This document shows, piece by piece, positions 27,832-38,129 of a DNA stretch of 64,000 nucleotides. A model generated the notes under the pieces. It was given only the letters and a program-made list of their open reading frames with translations, was not told where the DNA came from and searched no databases. The translations under genes and the position numbers were made by a program. Position 1 is the stretch's first letter; the number at the start of each line of letters is the position of its first letter. Source of the DNA: Candidatus Latescibacterota bacterium (lineage in GTDB: Bacteria; Latescibacterota; UBA2968; UBA8231); assembly GCA_965242865.1 (NCBI GenBank), contig CBDETK010000013.1, positions 3,264,001 through 3,328,000 on the forward strand, given 5' to 3'.

Positions 27832-28611
27832 TCAGACGCGCAGCCGCAGCATTGGGCGGCTAAAAGACACCTCGAGAAATTGCCCGGTGTGGGCCGAGCG
27901 CGTACCGGGCGGCATGAAGTGGATGACAAAGGCGCGCCGTTGGCGGTCGGTTTGGTTCGGCGGGGTGTAGTGTAAGGTTTGGCAGTGGTGGAAGAGCGCG
28001 CCACCGGCAGGCAGATTTACGACCGCGGCTTGGGCTGCATCCACTTGGTCGCCGTAGTCGAGCAAGGCGTTGGTCTGCTCTGAGCGCTCGTGCCCGACGG
28101 GCGTCAGGTGCGATTCGGGCAGCAGGTGCATGGCGCCGTTTGTCACATCGACATCGTCGAGCGTCATCCAGCAGCTAACCAAATTGGCCGGCAGACATTT
28201 CCAGTAGGCGTTGTCTTGGTGCCAAAAGACCGGGCCGCCGTGATGGGCGGGTTTGTAGAGGGCTTGGTCGTGGAAAAGCTGGATATTAGGGCCGATGAGG
28301 TCTTCGGCAATGTCGAGGATGCGAGTGTCGTAGAGCAGTTGTCGGAAGAGGATGCTGCGCTCGCACATTTGCGTAATCTGCAACATCTGCTCGTCGGCCT
28401 CGTTCTTTTCGTCGAGATCGTCGGTGTCGCTGATGGACAGGTTGCGGAAGCGCCCGCTCTGGCGCGCCACGGCAAAGAGCCGGTCGTATTCGTCGCGCAG
28501 CAAGGCGATGAGGTCGTCGTCTAGCAGCTTGCCGACGGCGATGAAGCCACAGCGGCGGAATTGGTCAATCTGCTCTTGGTCGATTGCTTTGTGGAGCGGG
28601 GTCGTGGTCAT
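27832..28611 (-). CDS. Phytanoyl-CoA dioxygenase (PhyH) family protein
   Basis: WHQD, NGAM, distal H in LHYT..N..RR. Confidence 0.9.
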   Translation of the reverse strand: MTTTPLHKAIDQEQIDQFRRCGFIAVGKLLDDDLIALLRDEYDRLFAVARQSGRFRNLSISDTDDLDEKNEADEQMLQITQMCERSILFRQLLYDTRILDIAEDLIGPNIQLFHDQALYKPAHHGGPVFWHQDNAYWKCLPANLVSCWMTLDDVDVTNGAMHLLPESHLTPVGHERSEQTNALLDYGDQVDAAQAAVVNLPAGGALFHHCQTLHYTPPNQTDRQRRAFVIHFMPPGTRSAHTGQFLEVSFSRPMLRLRV

Positions 28612-28718
28612 CTGTATTCCTCCTTAGTGAAGGGTGCAAATTAACAAGGGCCGCGACGAATTACAACCGTCGTTCCATGGCGGCCAGAGGGCTTGTTTCA
28701 TTGGCCTCAGCTTTCCAA

Positions 28719-28765
28719 GGATCGAGGGCATCTTGCCCTCGTCGAAGGCGGGACGCCTTCGATCC
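28719..28765. repeat. REP-like double palindrome
   Basis: CGAGGGC-ATCTT-GCCCTCG and TCGAAGGC-GGGAC-GCCTTCGA; related hairpin at 60619-60637. Confidence 0.65.
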
Positions 28766-28794
28766 CGGACGTATGGCGTACTTAGATTCCAATT

Positions 28795-29916
28795 TCAGGC
28801 GGACGCGGCCCGGCTCAGGGTGAGTAGCGCGATTTCGGAAGGGGCACCCAGCCGCAGCGGCGGCCCCCAATAGCCGGTGCCTCGGTGGACGTAAATCCAA
28901 GTGTTGCGAAATTTGTGTAGGCCGGCGACATAAGGCTGTTGCAGGGGGATTGCGTATTTCCACGGTACGAACTGACCGCCGTGCGTGTGGCCGGACAACT
29001 GTAAGTGGCAATCGGCTTGGCTGGCGGCTTCTATGCTGCGCGGCTGGTGCGCGAGCAGGATGCGCACATCGGCCCCGTCGCTGGCGGCAAAGGCTCTGGC
29101 CGGGTCTGAGGCGTGGTCGGGGACGATCTCGCCGGCGCTGAAATCGGTCGTGCCGGCGAGGGCGATCCGGCCGCCACGGCAGTCGATCTGGCGTCCCTCG
29201 TTGATCAAGACGTCAAAGCCGAGGCGACGCGCATGCTCGGTCCAGCTCTCCACGCCCGAGTAGTATTCGTGGTTGCCAGTGCAGAAATAGATCCCGAGCG
29301 GCGCGGAGAGTTTGGCTAGTGCCACCGTATGAGGGGCGAGTCGTTGGACGGTGCCGTCGGCAAGGTCGCCGGTGAAGGCGATGAGGTCGGGTTGCAATTC
29401 GTTGACCCGAGCGACAACGCGCTCCACAAAAGGGGCCTTGATGGTCGGGCCGACGTGGAGATCGCTGATTTGGACGATGCGCAGCCCAACTAGCGCGGGC
29501 GGGAGATGCGCGATCGGGACATCGACCCGGCGGACCGCTGGCGTCCGGCGGGCTTGATAGTAGCCATAGCCCGCCGCAACCCAGGTCAGCGCAAAGGTCG
29601 CCAAGTCGAGGCGGGCATTGAAGGCCGCGTCCATAGGATAGATTAGGCCGAGGAGCAGCCCCCCTATGTCGCGCAAGACTAGCAAGGTCGAGCAGACGGT
29701 GAAAAAGCCCATGCCTAAATAGGCCACCCACGCGAGGGGGTCGGTCAGGGAGGTTGGACGGGACCGCAGGCGAAAGAGCAACAAGGGCGTCAACAGCAGA
29801 GACCCCAGGGCCAATGCGGCCCCGAGGTGGGCGGGCGGAGGAAGATAGGGGATGAGCCGCCAGCCCGAATAGCCGTAGATCGAGCCGAGCAGCGATAGGA
29901 AAATCAGCGCAAACAT
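28795..29916 (-). CDS. Membrane-anchored metallophosphoesterase (YkuE-like)
   Basis: SDLH, TGDLAD, GNHE, LAHQP, SGHTHGGQ; N-terminal TMs. Confidence 0.92.
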   Translation of the reverse strand: MFALIFLSLLGSIYGYSGWRLIPYLPPPAHLGAALALGSLLLTPLLLFRLRSRPTSLTDPLAWVAYLGMGFFTVCSTLLVLRDIGGLLLGLIYPMDAAFNARLDLATFALTWVAAGYGYYQARRTPAVRRVDVPIAHLPPALVGLRIVQISDLHVGPTIKAPFVERVVARVNELQPDLIAFTGDLADGTVQRLAPHTVALAKLSAPLGIYFCTGNHEYYSGVESWTEHARRLGFDVLINEGRQIDCRGGRIALAGTTDFSAGEIVPDHASDPARAFAASDGADVRILLAHQPRSIEAASQADCHLQLSGHTHGGQFVPWKYAIPLQQPYVAGLHKFRNTWIYVHRGTGYWGPPLRLGAPSEIALLTLSRAASA

Positions 29917-30068
29917 ACCATGGTCTTTGGTGGAAAGGAAGCGTGGCTTTTACTGTAGAGGCAACCCAAGTCCCCGTGGGCCGACGGTCTTGTTTCTCGT
30001 CGGCTGAGTTGTTATAAAGGACTTGGAGGCAAAAAGGAGTAGCTGAGTTGAATAAAAGGAGACCAACC

Positions 30069-30932
30069 GTGAAAAGCCAACAACTCGACTTTTTCGAGCA
30101 AGAAGGGTACGTCCTGATCAAAGGCGGGCTTACGGACGACGATATCGCGCCGCTCATCGAGGATCACAATACCATCGTCGATGAAATGGCCCGCGACCTG
30201 CACCGGCAGGGCAAGATCGCCGATCGCTACGAAAACGAGCCTTTTGAGCGGCGCTTGGCCTGCCTCTCAGAGGAGTGCGACGAGGTCGATGGCTGTCCCG
30301 ACATAGGAGAAACCCGCCGACGCGGCACCTTCGACTTTTTACGCAATCAGAACCTCGTCGATCTGATTGAGCCTTTCATCGGCCCGGAAATCACCTGCAA
30401 TGCCGTGTCGCACGTCCGGCCCAAGATGCCCTCAACCGACGTCGCCTTTCATCAGGATGCCGTGTTCACCACCCAACAAGCCCAAGGGATCCTACAGGTC
30501 ACCGTGTGGATTCCCCTCGTCGAGGCGACCGAAGAGAACGGCTGCTTGCAGGTTCAGCCCCGGGTCCACCAGCGGCGCATGGTCTATTGGTCGTACGGGC
30601 GCGATTTACCCCAAACCGAGCGGATTAGTCTGCCCATGCAGAAGGGAGACGTCCTATTCGTCCATAAATTGACCCCTCACGGATCAGGACCTAACCACAC
30701 CAACGCCGTGCGTTGGAGCATGGATTTGCGCTACCAGAAGACGGGGGCGCCTTCCCCGCGGCCAGAGTGGCCCAGTCTCGTCGCCCGCAGCCGGCGCGAC
30801 CCCGCCGCGGAGACGGCTTACGAAGACTGGCGCGATCAATGGGCGGTCGCGCTCGAAAAAACGCCCCAACAAATTCGCTACGAGCGTCCAACCGAGCCCC
30901 GGCCCTTCACCGGCGAGATGTTTCTCGAGTAG
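30069..30932 (+). CDS. Phytanoyl-CoA dioxygenase (PhyH) family protein
   Basis: FHQD, ENGCL, HGSGPN..RWSMDLRY; GTG start after AAAGGAG. Confidence 0.88.
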   Translation: MKSQQLDFFEQEGYVLIKGGLTDDDIAPLIEDHNTIVDEMARDLHRQGKIADRYENEPFERRLACLSEECDEVDGCPDIGETRRRGTFDFLRNQNLVDLIEPFIGPEITCNAVSHVRPKMPSTDVAFHQDAVFTTQQAQGILQVTVWIPLVEATEENGCLQVQPRVHQRRMVYWSYGRDLPQTERISLPMQKGDVLFVHKLTPHGSGPNHTNAVRWSMDLRYQKTGAPSPRPEWPSLVARSRRDPAAETAYEDWRDQWAVALEKTPQQIRYERPTEPRPFTGEMFLE

Positions 30933-31925
30933 ATGCCGAGCGACGCACCCCAGTGGCCCGAGCGATTCCGGCGATACGCGACCCGAGAATTTGGCAAAAA
31001 AGGCGAGGCATGGCTCGCGGAACTGCCGTCCATTCTCAAACGGTGCTGCGATAAGTGGGGCTTGACGCTGGGCCGCCCGCCCGCGGAAATCAAGGTCAAC
31101 TATATAGCCTATGTCGCGCTGGGCCATGGAGCAGAGGCCGTGCTCAAGGTGGGGGTTCCACACGGCGATTTCAGCGCGGAAATGGAAGCGTTGGCGATTT
31201 ATGAGGGCCGGGGGATCAACCGGCTCATCGACTGCGACAAAACGCTTAACGCCATGCTGCTGGAGCGGCTGCGTCCCGGCGAGATGCTATATTCTGTTGA
31301 GAGCGTGCGCGAGCAAAGTGAAATTGCGGCGCGTATCCTCTGCGATTTACACGCGACCCCGCCGCCGGCCCACCACACCCTGCCGCACTTTATGGATTGG
31401 ATGCGCGGTGCGTTTGCAGACGCTAGAAGCTGCCAAGACCCCGCAAGAGCACGGGGCTATATCGAGCAGATTCCGCGCGTAGAGTCCATGATGGGTATTC
31501 TGACGGCACCGGATGAACCCCAAATCCTGCTGCACGGCGACCTCCATCACTGGAACATCCTGTCCGACGCCGACCGGGGCTGGCTGGCGATTGATCCTAA
31601 GGGCGTCATCGGGGCCTCGTGTCTGGACGTCGGCCGGTTCATCAACAACGCGATGGGGTTCGGCGAGACCGCTGTGGAGAAGCGGGCGATTTTATTCGAG
31701 ACGGTAGCGGTTTTCAGCACTGTACTGGGGGAAAGCGAAGAGCGGATGTTTGCGGGTGCTTTCTGCGACAAGATCATGGGGTCATCGTGGGGACTGAAGC
31801 AGCCCCCCGATGAGCACGAGGCGAGTTCGCGCGAAGCACTTGAAGTGATGGTTGAGGTGGCGAGGGACGTGGATGATCGCCGTCTGCGATCTCGCATAGA
31901 CGACGAGACCGATGCAACGTTGTAG
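30933..31925 (+). CDS. APH(6)/hydroxyurea phosphotransferase family kinase
   Basis: AVLKV, LLERL, HGDLHHWNIL, AIDPKG. Confidence 0.85.
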   Translation: MPSDAPQWPERFRRYATREFGKKGEAWLAELPSILKRCCDKWGLTLGRPPAEIKVNYIAYVALGHGAEAVLKVGVPHGDFSAEMEALAIYEGRGINRLIDCDKTLNAMLLERLRPGEMLYSVESVREQSEIAARILCDLHATPPPAHHTLPHFMDWMRGAFADARSCQDPARARGYIEQIPRVESMMGILTAPDEPQILLHGDLHHWNILSDADRGWLAIDPKGVIGASCLDVGRFINNAMGFGETAVEKRAILFETVAVFSTVLGESEERMFAGAFCDKIMGSSWGLKQPPDEHEASSREALEVMVEVARDVDDRRLRSRIDDETDATL

Positions 31926-31935
31926 AGCGGCTAGA

Positions 31936-32988
31936 CTAGGCGATGACGCCGCCGCCGAGGCAAATTTCACCGTCGTAGAATACTGCGTGTTGGCCCGGAG
32001 CAATGCCCGGGTCGGGCGTGGCCAACGCGACGTGGGCGCGATCCGGCGCGAGCAGCTGCACCTGACCGGGAATGAGGACTGGCCCGTGCCGCAGCTTGAC
32101 GTGGAGCGCGCCCTGCGCTGGAGCACCCGCGATCCAATGGATTTGTTCGGCGATCAGTTCGCGGCGTCCGGCGCGCGTCGGCGCGCTGCCGTGGGCGATG
32201 TACACGATGTTGTTGGCGACATCCTTGTCGATCACATACCAAGGGCCGCCGCCGAGGCGCAAGCCGTGCCGCTGGCCAATGGTGTAGAACCAATAGCCCG
32301 GGTGCTCGCCCTTCTTTTGCCCGCTTGCCTGCTCGACGATGTCGCCTTGGGCCTCTCCCAAGTGGAAGCGGACAAAATCTCGGTAGTTGATCTTGCCCAA
32401 GAAGCAGATGCCTTGGCTGTCGGGGCGGTCCTTGGCCGGCAGGTCAAATTCTGCGGCGAGGGCGCGCACTTGGTGCTTGTGCAGGTGCCCGATGGGCAAG
32501 CAGAGCCGAGCGAGTTGCGCCGCGCTCAGGTTGGAGAGGAAATAGGTCTGGTCCTTGACCGGATCGGCCGCGCACCGCAGCCGATACCCGCCAGTCGCCG
32601 CCTCGACGCGGGCGTAGTGCCCGGAGGCAATTTGCTCGCACTCGCCAGCCACCCGCTGATAAAAGGCACCGAACTTGACGCGCTGGTTGCACCAGATGTC
32701 CGGGCTAGGGGTGCGCCCCAAGCGCAGCTCGGCCAGCGCATACTCGACGATGTGCGTGCGGTACTCGCTTTGCAGCGGCACGACTTCGAGCGGGACCCCG
32801 AGCTGGTCGCAGGTGGCGCGGGCGTAGGACAAATCCGTTTCCCACGGGCAGTCGCCGAGCGAAAATAGCTCGTCCTCCAGCCAAATTTTGAGGTAGTAGG
32901 CTTTGGGGACGAGCCGCTTTTCGCGCTGGACCAACGCCAAGGCCAACGAGCTATCGACCCCACCGGAAAGCAGGACGGCGACGTTCAT
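31936..32988 (-). CDS. mnmA: tRNA 2-thiouridine(34) synthase
   Basis: SGGVDS, CNQRVKFG, SGHYAR, KDQTYFL, DSQGICF, TIGQR, PGQ. Confidence 0.95.
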   Translation of the reverse strand: MNVAVLLSGGVDSSLALALVQREKRLVPKAYYLKIWLEDELFSLGDCPWETDLSYARATCDQLGVPLEVVPLQSEYRTHIVEYALAELRLGRTPSPDIWCNQRVKFGAFYQRVAGECEQIASGHYARVEAATGGYRLRCAADPVKDQTYFLSNLSAAQLARLCLPIGHLHKHQVRALAAEFDLPAKDRPDSQGICFLGKINYRDFVRFHLGEAQGDIVEQASGQKKGEHPGYWFYTIGQRHGLRLGGGPWYVIDKDVANNIVYIAHGSAPTRAGRRELIAEQIHWIAGAPAQGALHVKLRHGPVLIPGQVQLLAPDRAHVALATPDPGIAPGQHAVFYDGEICLGGGVIA

Positions 32989-32998
32989 GGGAGGCGGG

Positions 32999-34321
<1,323 letters not shown>

Positions 34322-34446
34322 TGATTTCTCCTTCATGGGGGATGATTTGGCTGTTAGGCAATTAAGATACGCGCTAGCGGCTGGGCAAGCGTCTCTCGCC
34401 CGGTTGACGGCCTAGAGGCTGCATCCTACCTTGCCCCCGTCCTCTC

Positions 34447-35013
34447 ATGCAATCCCTCGTTTCCCCCTCCGTCCTGTACCGAGCCAGCTTCCTCGAGGGC
34501 GCGGCCGAGTTCTCAACCGAAGGCCGTTTCGACTCCACGTACGCCCTCGCCCTCGGCTATGACCGCGCCTCCCTCGCCAGCCAGTTCCCGCAATTCGTGC
34601 GCGACCTCCGCGCCCTCGCCGACTCAACGGGGTTGCGGGCGCGGTATCCAGACCGAGTGCTCTGGCTCGTTCACGACGGCGAGTACATCGGCCAAACCTC
34701 CATAAGGCCCCAACTCGACACCCCGTATTTGCTCACCTACGGCGGGCACATTGGCTACAGCATCCGACCCGCTCGGCGGGGTCGCGGCTACGGCAAGGCC
34801 ATCCTCGCCCTGACGCTGGGGGTGTCGCGGGAGATTGGGTTGCGCCGCGTGTTGGTCACTTGCGACTCGGACAACATTGGCTCGCGCAAGATCATTGAGC
34901 ACAACGGTGGCCAATTTGAAAGCGCCATGGTCATGCCTAGTCAGACATTGCGCGCCGAGGGACGCCAATCCGTGCGGCGCATCGAGAAGTTGCGCTACTG
35001 GATAGACCTGTGA
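34447..35013 (+). CDS. GNAT family N-acetyltransferase
   Basis: GGHIGYSIRPARRGRGYG..VTCDSDNIGSRKIIEHNGG. Confidence 0.9.
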   Translation: MQSLVSPSVLYRASFLEGAAEFSTEGRFDSTYALALGYDRASLASQFPQFVRDLRALADSTGLRARYPDRVLWLVHDGEYIGQTSIRPQLDTPYLLTYGGHIGYSIRPARRGRGYGKAILALTLGVSREIGLRRVLVTCDSDNIGSRKIIEHNGGQFESAMVMPSQTLRAEGRQSVRRIEKLRYWIDL

Positions 35014-35059
35014 GGGGCCGCCATTGGCAGGGCGGCTGACAAGTACTATATTCGCCGCC

Positions 35060-36046
35060 ATGCCGAACTCAACCCAAGCCGCACTGCCCGACAAAGACTC
35101 CGGTCTGGCACTCTATCGTCAGATGCTGGTCATCCGCCGCTGCGAAGAACAGCTCGCCCGGTCCTACCAAGCCGGCTTGATCCCCGGGGCGTGCCACACG
35201 TACGTCGGCGAGGAAGCCATCGCCACGGGCGTTTGCGCCCACCTCAACGACCGCGACGCGGTTTTTAGCACCCATCGCGGCCACGGCCACGCCCTCGCCA
35301 AAGGCGTACCGCCCAAGGACCTGATCGCCGAACTTTTTGGCAAAGCCACGGGTTGCTCGCAGGGGCGCGGTGGCTCCATGCATCTCTTCGCGCCGCAAGT
35401 GGGGATGATGGGCACCAGCGGCATCGTCGGTCCCTGCATTCTCCAAGCGGCCGGTGCCGGCTATTCCTTTAAGCTCTTGGGCGTCCCCCAAGTCGGCGTG
35501 GCCTTCTTTGGCGACGGAGCGGTGGCCAATGGTGCCTTTCACGAGGGCATCAATCTGGCGACCAACTGGCAGTTGCCCGTGCTCTTCGTGTGCGAAAACA
35601 ACCTCTACGCTACGGAAGTGGCCTTTGTCGATACCACCCGCAATCCACAGGTAGCCAACCGCGCCGTCGCGTACGGACTGCCCGGCATCGCCATCGACGG
35701 CAACGACCTCGCGGCAGTGCATGCGGTCGCCGGCGAAGCAATAACCCGCGCGCGCCAAGGCCGCGGCCCAACCCTCCTCGAGTGCAAGACCTACCGCACC
35801 CGGCCCCATGCCGAGGGCATGCGCGACGGCGGCTATCGCTCCAGCGAGGAAATCGACGCGTGGAAACAGCGCGACCCCATCCCGGCTTTTGCCCAAAAGT
35901 TGCTCGACGCCGGCCACACCAGCCGCGGAGAGCTCGACGCGATTGCCGCGGACATCGCCGCGCTGATCGCCGAGGCCCTGCAATTTGCCCACGACAGCCC
36001 GTGGCCCGACCCGGCCACCGTGGCGGACCACGTCTTTAGCGCGTAA
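35060..36046 (+). CDS. TPP-dependent dehydrogenase E1 alpha (pyruvate/acetoin type)
   Basis: STHRGHGH, GRGGSMH, GDGA..ENN. Confidence 0.93.
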   Translation: MPNSTQAALPDKDSGLALYRQMLVIRRCEEQLARSYQAGLIPGACHTYVGEEAIATGVCAHLNDRDAVFSTHRGHGHALAKGVPPKDLIAELFGKATGCSQGRGGSMHLFAPQVGMMGTSGIVGPCILQAAGAGYSFKLLGVPQVGVAFFGDGAVANGAFHEGINLATNWQLPVLFVCENNLYATEVAFVDTTRNPQVANRAVAYGLPGIAIDGNDLAAVHAVAGEAITRARQGRGPTLLECKTYRTRPHAEGMRDGGYRSSEEIDAWKQRDPIPAFAQKLLDAGHTSRGELDAIAADIAALIAEALQFAHDSPWPDPATVADHVFSA

Positions 36047-37023
36047 TGCCCGAGCTCACGTACGTAGAAGCGGCCCACCAAGCCCTAGCCGAGGAGATGG
36101 CGTGCGATGAGACCATTTTCGTCGTCGGCGAGGGCATTGGTCCGCGCGGCGGCAACTTCAACACCACCACCGGCCTCTTTGATTTGTACGGCCCGGAGCG
36201 CTTGCGCGACACCCCGATATGCGAGCGCGGCTTCGTCGGCTTGTGCGCCGGCGCGGCCATGACCGGGACGCGGCCCGTGGTGGATTTCATGTTCTTGGAC
36301 TTCATCCTCGATGCGTTCGGCGAATTGGTCAACCAAATCGCCAAGATGCAGTACATGAGCAGCGGCCGCTTAAAAATGCCCATCGTCCTGCGCGGCTGCA
36401 TTGGCGTCGGCGGCGCGGCCGCCACCCATCATTCGGGCAACTACTACCCGATCTTTACGCATCTGCCCGGCTTCAAGGTCGCCGTGCCATCCAACCCATA
36501 CGACGCCAAGGGCCTGCTCAAGACGGCCCTGCGCGGCGACGACCCAGTGCTCTTCCTCGAACACAAGTCCTTGCTCAACACCCGCGGCGAAGTTCCAGCC
36601 GAGGAGTACTGCATCCCCTTTGGCCAAGCGGCCGTGCGCCGCCACGGCGAACACCTGACCGTCGCGGCTCTGACGACCATGGTCCCCGCGGCACTCCAAG
36701 TCGCCGAGGCCCTAGCCGGCGAGGGCCTCTCGGTCGAAGTGATCGACCTCCGCACTACGTCCCCCCTCGACCTAGATGCCGTGCTCAAATCCGTCCACCG
36801 GACGGGCCGCCTGCTGATCGCCGATGAGACCTTTGCCCCCTGCGGCATCGGCGCAGAAATAGCCGCCGTAGTGATGGACCGGGCCTTCGACGACCTTGAC
36901 GCGCCCGTGCGCCGTCTCAACGGCGCGCACGTGCCCACGCCGTACAGCGCACCGTTAGAGGCCGCGGTCGCGCCCAACGGGAAGGACCTAGAACGGGCCA
37001 TCCGCGACCTGATGGCTGAGTAG
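36046..37023 (+). CDS. TPP-dependent dehydrogenase E1 beta
   Basis: DTPICE, PVLFLEHK, EVIDLRT, LDAPVRR. Confidence 0.93.
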   Translation: MPELTYVEAAHQALAEEMACDETIFVVGEGIGPRGGNFNTTTGLFDLYGPERLRDTPICERGFVGLCAGAAMTGTRPVVDFMFLDFILDAFGELVNQIAKMQYMSSGRLKMPIVLRGCIGVGGAAATHHSGNYYPIFTHLPGFKVAVPSNPYDAKGLLKTALRGDDPVLFLEHKSLLNTRGEVPAEEYCIPFGQAAVRRHGEHLTVAALTTMVPAALQVAEALAGEGLSVEVIDLRTTSPLDLDAVLKSVHRTGRLLIADETFAPCGIGAEIAAVVMDRAFDDLDAPVRRLNGAHVPTPYSAPLEAAVAPNGKDLERAIRDLMAE

Positions 37024-37033
37024 GAGCGAGCGC

Positions 37034-38104
37034 ATGGCCGAGGCAATCGCAATGCCCCGCCTAGGGTGGACCATGGAGGAGGGGATCCTCGTCGAGTGGC
37101 TCAAAGCCGATGGCGACGCGGTCGAGGCCGGCGAGATCCTCTTTACGGTGCAAAGCGACAAGGCCCTCAACGAGATCGAGACCTTCGCCAGCGGCATCCT
37201 GCGCATCCCCCCAGACGCGCCCCAACCCGGTGCTACCGTGCCGGTAGGCACCGTGTTGGGCTACCTGTTGCAGCCCGGCGAGGCAATGCCGACCGCGCCG
37301 CTCTCGGCGCCCGCCGCCGCGCCGGTTCCAATGCCTGCGGAACCCGCGCCCGCCGCAAAGTCGGAACCGGCCCCAGCCCGCTCGGCCGGGCCGACGATCA
37401 GCCCCCGCGCCCGGCGCGTGGCCTCGGCACTCGGGGTGGAATGGCGCACCCTCACCGGCAGCGGGCGCACGGGCCGGATCGTCGAGCGCGATGTGCGTGC
37501 AGCGGCCGCCCGGCCTCGGAACCTAGCCCATGCGACCCTGACGACCCAAGTAGATGCCACCGCTCTAGTCGCGCTACATGCTCGGCTCAAGGCCGCCCGG
37601 GGCCTCGCTGCGCCCACGTACACCCACCTGTTCGCCAAAATGGCGGCCTGCGCTCTGATTCGCCATCCCCTCGGGCCGGGCGGGGCGGTGCATCTCGGCC
37701 TAGTCGTGGATACCCCCGCTGGCTTGGTCGTCCCGGTCCTCCGCGACGCGGATGCCAAAAATCTGGCGCAGCTCGCGGCCGAAGCCCGCGACCTAACCTT
37801 CCAAGCCCGCCGCGGCACCTTGCCGCCGACCGCGACCCAAGGAGCGACCTTTGTCATCGCCAACTTGGGGTTGTATGGAATCGACGCCTTTGTGCCGACG
37901 ACCTATCAGGCGCACGGGGCGTTTTTGGGAGTGGGTCGAATTGCGGCCAAGCCGGCTGTCTATCAGGGGCAGGTCGTGCCGCGAGCGCATATCGCCCTGA
38001 ACCTGACTTTTGACGACCAAGCCATAGACAGCGGTCTCGCAGCCCGCTTTTTGGGGCAGGTGCGGGCCTTTGTCGAGCAGCCGGAACTGTGGTTGGGGGA
38101 ATAA
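37034..38104 (+). CDS. E2-like dihydrolipoamide acyltransferase, atypical
   Basis: Lipoyl SDKA, PSBD ISPRARR..GSGRTGRI; catalytic DHRxxDG replaced by DDQAIDS. Confidence 0.85.
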   Translation: MAEAIAMPRLGWTMEEGILVEWLKADGDAVEAGEILFTVQSDKALNEIETFASGILRIPPDAPQPGATVPVGTVLGYLLQPGEAMPTAPLSAPAAAPVPMPAEPAPAAKSEPAPARSAGPTISPRARRVASALGVEWRTLTGSGRTGRIVERDVRAAAARPRNLAHATLTTQVDATALVALHARLKAARGLAAPTYTHLFAKMAACALIRHPLGPGGAVHLGLVVDTPAGLVVPVLRDADAKNLAQLAAEARDLTFQARRGTLPPTATQGATFVIANLGLYGIDAFVPTTYQAHGAFLGVGRIAAKPAVYQGQVVPRAHIALNLTFDDQAIDSGLAARFLGQVRAFVEQPELWLGE

Positions 38105-38129
38105 GGATCTCTTTGGAGCAATAGCAATA

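Noticed and set aside
30933-31925. APH(6)-like and AAC(3)-like (52155-54797) genes as an antibiotic resistance island
   Set aside because: They are 20 kb apart, have host-like composition and no linked mobile element; both families include many non-resistance enzymes.
34322-34446. SAH/SAM riboswitch upstream of ahcY
   Set aside because: No recognisable consensus; short divergent promoter region shared with the GNAT gene.
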